A stretch of 64,000 nucleotides of DNA from the IMG/VR virus record IMGVR_UViG_3300035698_019443, positions 40,265-104,264 of that record; one strand, given 5' to 3'. Made by a program: the position numbers and the translations under genes. Every line of letters begins with the position of its first letter. The first letter of the stretch is position 1. Origin of the DNA: a virus. This document shows positions 58,491-64,000 of this stretch, piece by piece. The notes under the pieces were generated by a model. It saw only the letters and a program-made list of their open reading frames with translations. It had not been told where the DNA came from and ran no database searches.

Positions 58491-59087
58491 GTGAGTGCTC
58501 TACGAGAGCTCTATGACAAGATCAAGGACTCGAAGGGGGACCAGGACGGGGAGGTGTTTCTCTCGTTAGAGGACGCCTACCTCCTCGGGTGGAATGGAGG
58601 GTTCTACCCGCGGGCGAACGTGATGCAGACACTGCAACAGTGCGGCGGGGTCTGGAGTGCGGACAAGCCGAAGGCAGCGGAAGCGCCAGTGGCACAGGAA
58701 GAGTGGGAGAAGCCAATGTCGAAGAAAGAAACGATGATCGAGCAAGCGACGGACACCGGCAAGAAGCTGATCGAAGCTGGCACCGAGGGGCTGAAGCAGA
58801 CCGGAGCGAAGCGCGTTGCCCGCAAGATGGTTGCTGTCGTGCGGAGTCGTACCGGCGAGCATCACCCCGCGCTCCTCAACACCGCCGCGGGACGCAAGGT
58901 CGAGCCCGTCATTCTCGCCGCCGCCGCCCACTACTTGGCTGGCGTCTTCCCCGAGCGTGTGCCGAAGGCCGAGGCGTTGCAGAAGAACTGCGAGCGGGTC
59001 GTCACCGCCGAGATGGCGGAGGTCGGCGAAGAGCTGATCGACATGATCGCGCCGTTGCTCGAAGACCTCGCGCAGATCGACGGGTAG
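58491..59087 (+). CDS. Hypothetical protein
   Basis: GAGG SD; clean ORF. Confidence 0.6.
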   Translation: MSALRELYDKIKDSKGDQDGEVFLSLEDAYLLGWNGGFYPRANVMQTLQQCGGVWSADKPKAAEAPVAQEEWEKPMSKKETMIEQATDTGKKLIEAGTEGLKQTGAKRVARKMVAVVRSRTGEHHPALLNTAAGRKVEPVILAAAAHYLAGVFPERVPKAEALQKNCERVVTAEMAEVGEELIDMIAPLLEDLAQIDG

Positions 59088-59114
59088 GTGGCAACGAAGA
59101 AGAAGGGGAGGAAA

Positions 59115-59149
59115 GTCAGTCTCAGCCCCCGCTTGGGGGCAGGGCTGAC
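59115..59149 (+). promoter_or_regulatory. Strong RNA hairpin upstream of the capsid paralog
   Basis: Outer stem GTCAGTCT/GGGCTGAC (with G-U pairs) around inner GCCCCC-GCTT-GGGGGC; no U-tract. Confidence 0.6.
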
Positions 59150-59203
59150 GATCCTTCCAGGGCTGCGAATCTATGTGTCTCTCGGCAAGGCTGAAGGAAT
59201 GAC

Positions 59204-59743
59204 ATGGCGCGAATAGTAGAAGTGAAGGAGAGGCTAGAGAAGAGCTACTACGACACGTTTCTGCACGAGGCCGGCGCGCCCTTCGTTCACGCGGAGCAGC
59301 GTCTGTTCGAGGGCAGCAGTCGAGGGCACCCAGAGCTGTCGAACATGGGTGGCAACGGCGGACAGCTGCCCGGCAACCAAGCGATGTCGGTGACTCGGGT
59401 CAACTTTATGATCGAGAGCACGGACGCCGAGTGTTTCCGTCGGCTCTTGCTCGATACCCACGTCACGCTCACAATAGGCTGCAAGGAGTGTTGGGGCTTG
59501 CACCCACGAGACCTTGCAGCGGGCGCGTACGACAGCCTGGCCCGTGGGGGGCGAACCTTCGTCGGCGGGCACGATCTGGCAAGGCCACTAGCTATCTGCG
59601 CTCGCCAGCAGTTTTCGCTAGAACTCCAGTTCTCGCAAGAGACTGTGCGGCGTTTGCAGAAGTACAGCAGCGTCTATCTTTCGAGTTATCACTCGAAGAT
59701 CGCCGTTACACTTAGTGGCATATTGACACGAGACGCATTGTGA
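59204..59743 (+). CDS. Paralog of the putative major capsid protein 22212-22820
   Basis: Colinear shared motifs KER, DT, RLF, L.NM.G, P..Q...V, L.AG, LAR..AI.ARQ.F, G...RD.L. Confidence 0.85.
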   Translation: MARIVEVKERLEKSYYDTFLHEAGAPFVHAEQRLFEGSSRGHPELSNMGGNGGQLPGNQAMSVTRVNFMIESTDAECFRRLLLDTHVTLTIGCKECWGLHPRDLAAGAYDSLARGGRTFVGGHDLARPLAICARQQFSLELQFSQETVRRLQKYSSVYLSSYHSKIAVTLSGILTRDAL

Positions 59744-60000
59744 AGATGTCGCCGATTTACTTCGACAATAAACGCCATGTTTGGTACTGTGGCCGACAGG
59801 CAATACGCGACGGAGACGCGGTGAAGTTTCGCCTCTCCGTCGGGATTGACCACGTCCTCGAAGGGGTGTTCGAAGAGAGCGAGTTTGAAGGCGGACGTTG
59901 GTGGCTCCGTTGTGAGGCACCGTCGGACGAGAAGCACGACTCGGTGACGATCTCGATTGTCCCGCGTGACGGGCTGCTCGTAGAGATGGAGGAAACGTGA
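59740..60000 (+). CDS. Hypothetical beta-barrel protein
   Basis: GTGA overlaps. Confidence 0.5.
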   Translation: MKMSPIYFDNKRHVWYCGRQAIRDGDAVKFRLSVGIDHVLEGVFEESEFEGGRWWLRCEAPSDEKHDSVTISIVPRDGLLVEMEET

Positions 60001-60215
60001 GTCGGAATATGGGCGCTCGTGGGCTGCACCAGATGACGAACGCCGAGCTGAGAGCTCTCGGTACGGACGTGGCGCTCGAAGAGCTCGAGCTTCGGCCAGT
60101 GGCGAAGAAGCGGACCTACAAGAAGAAGGCCGTCGACGGCGGGGATATCAAGCCGCCGTCATTCCAACGCCCCCCGATCTGGGACTTTGACGAAAAGGAC
60201 ACCAGGCGACAATGA
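59997..60215 (+). CDS. Hypothetical protein
   Basis: GTGA/ATGA overlaps. Confidence 0.5.
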   Translation: MSRNMGARGLHQMTNAELRALGTDVALEELELRPVAKKRTYKKKAVDGGDIKPPSFQRPPIWDFDEKDTRRQ

Positions 60216-60988
60216 CGACTTCGGGACAGAGCGCGGCGGGGTTCCATCGACTGCTGACATTCATCGAGTGTCCGCGGAAGTATGGGTTCCGCTACGTCCT
60301 GCTTCGGGTTCCGCCGCAGGCGCCGATGGCACTGGCGCGGGGGACCTGCCTACACGAGGGGCTCGCGGCGTTCTACGAGGGGAGAGATCCCAACGAGGCG
60401 CTAAACGCGATAGGTCCCCGCGAGGCTTGGCAGGTCCCCAATGCGCGGACGCTGATCAACGCATATATGGCTGAGTATGCCCATGATCGGCTCGATGTTC
60501 TGGCTGTTGAGAAAGAGCACTATGTGACGCTTGCGGGTCTCCCCTTCTCTCGTCGCATCGACTTGGTGTTTCGGGCGAAGGGGAAAGCCTGGGCGATGGA
60601 TCATAAGACGGCGTACGATGTGACTCGTCGGCTTGCATCTACTCGTTATGAGGCCGCGCTATTTACTCAGCAGATAGTGCTTGAAGCGACAGCGAAAGAG
60701 ATGTACGGTCTAGAGTTCGGGGGGTTTGTACTCAATCTACTAGGCACTGTCAGTCCGCCGCAGTTTTCACGGGTAGCTCTCTCGTGGCCACGCCGAATGC
60801 TCGACGAGTTTATCCCGTCGCTTCAGTGGTGGACACAACAGAGCAAGATGCTCGAAGAGTCGGGGCTCGACCCCTTCAAGTGGCCGCAGAGCCGCCAGTG
60901 CCAGGGACAGTACTCTCTCTGTGAGTTCTATGATCTTTGTCGAATAGGCCCAGATGGGCTCTACCGTTACGCGATAGAGGAGGTGTAG
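60212..60988 (+). CDS. PD-(D/E)xK (RecB/Cas4-like) exonuclease
   Basis: CPRK, GT.LH, E, RIDLV, DHKT, Q, C...C.F..LC. Confidence 0.9.
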   Translation: MTTSGQSAAGFHRLLTFIECPRKYGFRYVLLRVPPQAPMALARGTCLHEGLAAFYEGRDPNEALNAIGPREAWQVPNARTLINAYMAEYAHDRLDVLAVEKEHYVTLAGLPFSRRIDLVFRAKGKAWAMDHKTAYDVTRRLASTRYEAALFTQQIVLEATAKEMYGLEFGGFVLNLLGTVSPPQFSRVALSWPRRMLDEFIPSLQWWTQQSKMLEESGLDPFKWPQSRQCQGQYSLCEFYDLCRIGPDGLYRYAIEEV

Positions 60989-60989
60989 G

Positions 60990-61652
60990 GTGACAACAAA
61001 AGGCTCGATTGCAGTGTACGGTAGAACGGGAGTAGGCAAGACCTACGACGTCTGCCGCTGCTTCCGAAAGGGGTACGTCATTCTTAGCGAACCTGACGGA
61101 CTGCGATCGGTGCAAACGGGGTTGGGGTTTACGCCAGCACACTCGCAGTTGGTCAATCTCGAGCGCCCCTACGAAGAGGCACTACAGATCCTTCGAGGGG
61201 CTGTCGCGAAGGCCAAGGCGCAGGGATGTACTGCGGTGATTCTGGATACGGGGAGTGAGCTCGCAGATCGTGTGCTCGATGCGAACCTCGTGCGGACAAA
61301 GAACGACCCGAGGAGGAGCTACCCCGAGACGAGTCGACAGATAAAGCGCATTATTCGAGAGATCCTACAGCTCGACCTCTGGGCGGTGGCGATCTTTCAC
61401 GAGCAGGGACCGAAGGAGCGATATCCCCTCGGCGGGCCAAAGCTCCCCGGCTCCTTGATAAACGATATTCCACCGATGTTCTCTTTGATGCTGCGGGCCA
61501 ATATCGTACCCGGCCAGGAGGGGCAGATGCGCGTGTATGAATGCGATCTCCTCTCTGACGAGTACGTGATGAAGGACCGATACAACGTGACCAAAGAGAT
61601 GCAGCCGATGGATCTCCTAGCGATAATGAAAAAGGTCGCGAGCAAGGGCTAA
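60990..61652 (+). CDS. AAA_24/Sak4-like ATPase
   Basis: YGRTGVGKT, VILDT.SE, IFHE, KDR. Confidence 0.85.
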   Translation: MTTKGSIAVYGRTGVGKTYDVCRCFRKGYVILSEPDGLRSVQTGLGFTPAHSQLVNLERPYEEALQILRGAVAKAKAQGCTAVILDTGSELADRVLDANLVRTKNDPRRSYPETSRQIKRIIREILQLDLWAVAIFHEQGPKERYPLGGPKLPGSLINDIPPMFSLMLRANIVPGQEGQMRVYECDLLSDEYVMKDRYNVTKEMQPMDLLAIMKKVASKG

Positions 61653-61672
61653 GGCCCAAAGGAATTGAGATT

Positions 61673-62356
61673 ATGTCTGACAACAAGCATCTGCTCAAGA
61701 TCGCTGATGGCTCCGAGGACTTCACCTTCACTGTCGACGCGACGAACTACGTCCCCATGACCGGCACCTCGGGTCACGTCCCCGAAGGGATCTACGAGCT
61801 CAAGTGCTCGAAGGTCGAAGCGGTCAAGTCCAAGGCCGGCAATCCCATGGTGCGGTTCTTCTGGCAGACCGCGGCGCCAGCACCCTTCGTCGGCGTGCCG
61901 ATTCGCTCGCAGCACATCGTCCCCCGCGTCGACCTCACGAAGGACAGCGAGAAGATCGACAAGTTCTGGTCGGGTATCGTGGCATCCCTCGCTTCGGCGA
62001 AGGGTGGCAAGGTCGAGATCCCCAAGAAGGAGCTCACCCTTCACGCCTCGAACTTCCTCGGCAAGACCGCCTACGCGGAGCTCGAGACGACCTTCAACGA
62101 CGGCAACGAGTACTCGGACATCAAGTACTTCGTGATGAAGGACGAGTTCGACATGCGCCCCGGCCCGCACGGCGGCGGCGCGGCGGCTTCGACCCCCTCG
62201 ACCGAGACGGCGACGACGGCGGAAAAGCCGGCCACGGACGAGACCCCCGACGTGATGGCCGGCAAGAGCAGCGTCGAGGACTCCCTCGGCCTCGGCGGCA
62301 GGGGTGACGACGCTCCACCAGCGGCCAGCGAGGACAATACGCCCAGCCCCTTCTAG
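61673..62356 (+). CDS. Phage single-stranded DNA-binding protein (DUF669-like)
   Basis: PEG.Y...SKAGNPM; acidic tail ending PF; context next to the AAA ATPase. Confidence 0.75.
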   Translation: MSDNKHLLKIADGSEDFTFTVDATNYVPMTGTSGHVPEGIYELKCSKVEAVKSKAGNPMVRFFWQTAAPAPFVGVPIRSQHIVPRVDLTKDSEKIDKFWSGIVASLASAKGGKVEIPKKELTLHASNFLGKTAYAELETTFNDGNEYSDIKYFVMKDEFDMRPGPHGGGAAASTPSTETATTAEKPATDETPDVMAGKSSVEDSLGLGGRGDDAPPAASEDNTPSPF

Positions 62357-62359
62357 TCG

Positions 62360-62569
62360 ATGCTGCGCGTCAGTAACGACGCGCTGCGAGCTCTGCTGCG
62401 AGAGGTCGCTCGGGTGGACGGCGGCTGGATGGTAAAAAAGACGCGAAACGGTCATATCCGTTTCCGTGGCCCTGCGGGGCAGACCATCTTCGCCCCCTCC
62501 ACCCCGAGCGACCGGCGCGCAGTGAAAAACATCAGGGCGAAGCTGCGCCGAGAGGGATGTGGGGTGTGA
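62360..62569 (+). CDS. hicA: HicA-like protein
   Basis: GW...T.NGH..F...G......TPSD.R..N....LRR.G. Confidence 0.7.
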   Translation: MLRVSNDALRALLREVARVDGGWMVKKTRNGHIRFRGPAGQTIFAPSTPSDRRAVKNIRAKLRREGCGV

Positions 62570-62760
62570 TGCGACTCATGCAAGAGCGACGAGCGCGGAC
62601 AGCGGGGCGTGAGGTGCGCCAAGCCAAAGAGGCCGTGCAATTCGTCGATGAGTTCCTGCGGAATATCGACTGCGAGGCGGAGGCAAGGTCCGCCATCTGG
62701 GAGGAGTTCAACACTGAGGTAACGCATAGAAACAAGCTCAAGATGGCAGGGAAGCTATAG
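62569..62760 (+). CDS. Hypothetical protein
   Basis: TGATG coupling. Confidence 0.45.
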   Translation: MRLMQERRARTAGREVRQAKEAVQFVDEFLRNIDCEAEARSAIWEEFNTEVTHRNKLKMAGKL

Positions 62761-64000
62761 TGACCTATCGACCACAAGAGCACGGCGCACTCTGCGATCA
62801 GTGTCCGCTACAGGGCAACACTGCGGTAGCGCCTGAGCTGCACCGAAACGCACGCCTGCTCTGCGTGGCCGAGGCCCCAGGGGGAAAGGAGGTCGATCTC
62901 GGTCGACCTCTGGTTGGACCCTCTGGGGCCGAACACGAGAGGGCTGTCCGCGCGGCTGGCGCGCAGCGCTCTGACTGTTCATACACCAACACGATCCTCT
63001 GCCGCCCGCCGGGGCGAAACGGCCTCAAAGGCTACCTCGCCTACGTGGCGAAGCGAAACAAGCGGCGGAAGTCCAACGGCAAAGAGCTGATGCTCCTGCC
63101 GACCGAGGCCTGCCGACCTCGCCTCATGCGCGAGATTCGAGAGGCACCAGCTCTCCTGCTCATGGGCGCCTACGCGAAGCAGGCGCTCGCCGAGGGCGAA
63201 GGGGGCGAAGAGGGGTTCCTCGCGTCGAGGGGCTTCCCGTCGAAGATCGATATCGAAGGTCGATCGATCCCTACGCTCTCGACGGTCCACCCTGCCCTCG
63301 TCCTGCGGCAACGTCGGTGGACGTACATCTATCGAGCAGACGTCGACAAAGCCCTGCGGATGGCGGCTGGGCGGCTCAGGTGGAAAGACCCCGAGATGGT
63401 CGTCTTCCCGACGCCCGACCAGCTCCGTGACGTGCTTCGACGGCTCGACGCATCCAATCGCCCTGTGTCCTACGACGTGGAGACTGATGGGCTCGAGCCG
63501 CTGACGGCGAACCTGCGGTGTATCGGCATCGGCAACGACGAGCTCTGCACTTGCATCCCCTTCACGTCAATCCGCGGCGGGTACATCTGCTCGCCTGCGG
63601 TGACCATGGAGCTCGAGGGCATCATCCTCGACTGGTTCGCACAGCACGGCTCGGTCTGCGCCCACAACGGGCTCTACGACAACGCTGTGATGGCGGCGCG
63701 CAAGTGGCTCTGCGGACGCGAGTTCGTCATGGGGCGCAGGATGTTCGACACCGTCATCGCCCACCACATCGCGTGGAGCGAGTGGCGGCATAACCTCGGG
63801 TTCCTCGAGGCGCAGTACACCGACCGGGAGGAGCACAAGGACGTCAACCACGACGCGTGGCCGAGCGACCGAGAGCTCCATATCTACTGCATGCTCGACG
63901 TCGCGGTTACGTCCCGCGGCGCCTCGAGGCTCGCTGCGGAGAGTCGATTCATTCGACAGGTCGACGCCTTCCGCATCGACACCAAGCTCTCGGCGGTCTG
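62760..64000 (+). CDS. polA: Family-4 uracil-DNA glycosylase fused to 3'-5' exonuclease, probably the N-terminal part of a family A DNA polymerase; runs off the window
   Basis: Hand translation from GTG 62760: CDQCPL, AEAPG..E...GRPLVGPSG, TNTILCRPP, TVHPA; then YDVETDG, AHNGLYD, FDT.IAHH, YCMLDV. The polymerase domain itself is outside the window. Confidence 0.8.
   Translation, partial: MTYRPQEHGALCDQCPLQGNTAVAPELHRNARLLCVAEAPGGKEVDLGRPLVGPSGAEHERAVRAAGAQRSDCSYTNTILCRPPGRNGLKGYLAYVAKRNKRRKSNGKELMLLPTEACRPRLMREIREAPALLLMGAYAKQALAEGEGGEEGFLASRGFPSKIDIEGRSIPTLSTVHPALVLRQRRWTYIYRADVDKALRMAAGRLRWKDPEMVVFPTPDQLRDVLRRLDASNRPVSYDVETDGLEPLTANLRCIGIGNDELCTCIPFTSIRGGYICSPAVTMELEGIILDWFAQHGSVCAHNGLYDNAVMAARKWLCGREFVMGRRMFDTVIAHHIAWSEWRHNLGFLEAQYTDREEHKDVNHDAWPSDRELHIYCMLDVAVTSRGASRLAAESRFIRQVDAFRIDTKLSAV

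Overview
The whole window is one continuous, GC-rich, gene-dense bacterial virus genome segment. It is open at both ends and shows no recognisable host genes. A minus-strand arm (1-44412) and a plus-strand arm (44499-64000) diverge from back-to-back sigma70-like promoters. The minus arm holds a glycan-modification module, spike/fibre genes, glycosyltransferases and a morphogenesis block. That block has three adjacent ~200-aa beta-rich proteins inferred to be single jelly-roll capsid proteins, a K/R-rich core protein, about 12 C-tail-anchored membrane proteins and a transglutaminase-like Cys enzyme. The arm continues with a lytic transglycosylase, a 1161-aa acidic repeat protein, a repeat-rich putative origin and a RepA-like helicase. 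The plus arm holds small early genes, a Dam-type methylase, BRO-N, an intein-containing SNF2 helicase, a PD-(D/E)xK nuclease, an AAA ATPase, an SSB, a HicA-like gene and a UDG-PolA fusion cut off by the window end. No terminase, portal, HK97 capsid or tail-tube gene is recognisable, so I infer an unusually large, tailless, internal-membrane virus. Most notable observations: (i) a second full-length copy of the putative major capsid protein among the early/replication genes; (ii) 14 -10-like boxes 6-7 nt upstream of start codons, implying systematic leaderless transcription, one via a 4-codon uORF coupled to the core gene; (iii) recurring Gly-based short motifs in virion proteins beside a putative maturation protease; (iv) a recombination scar from spike-cassette exchange. 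All family assignments come from motif recognition by eye; no database search was run.
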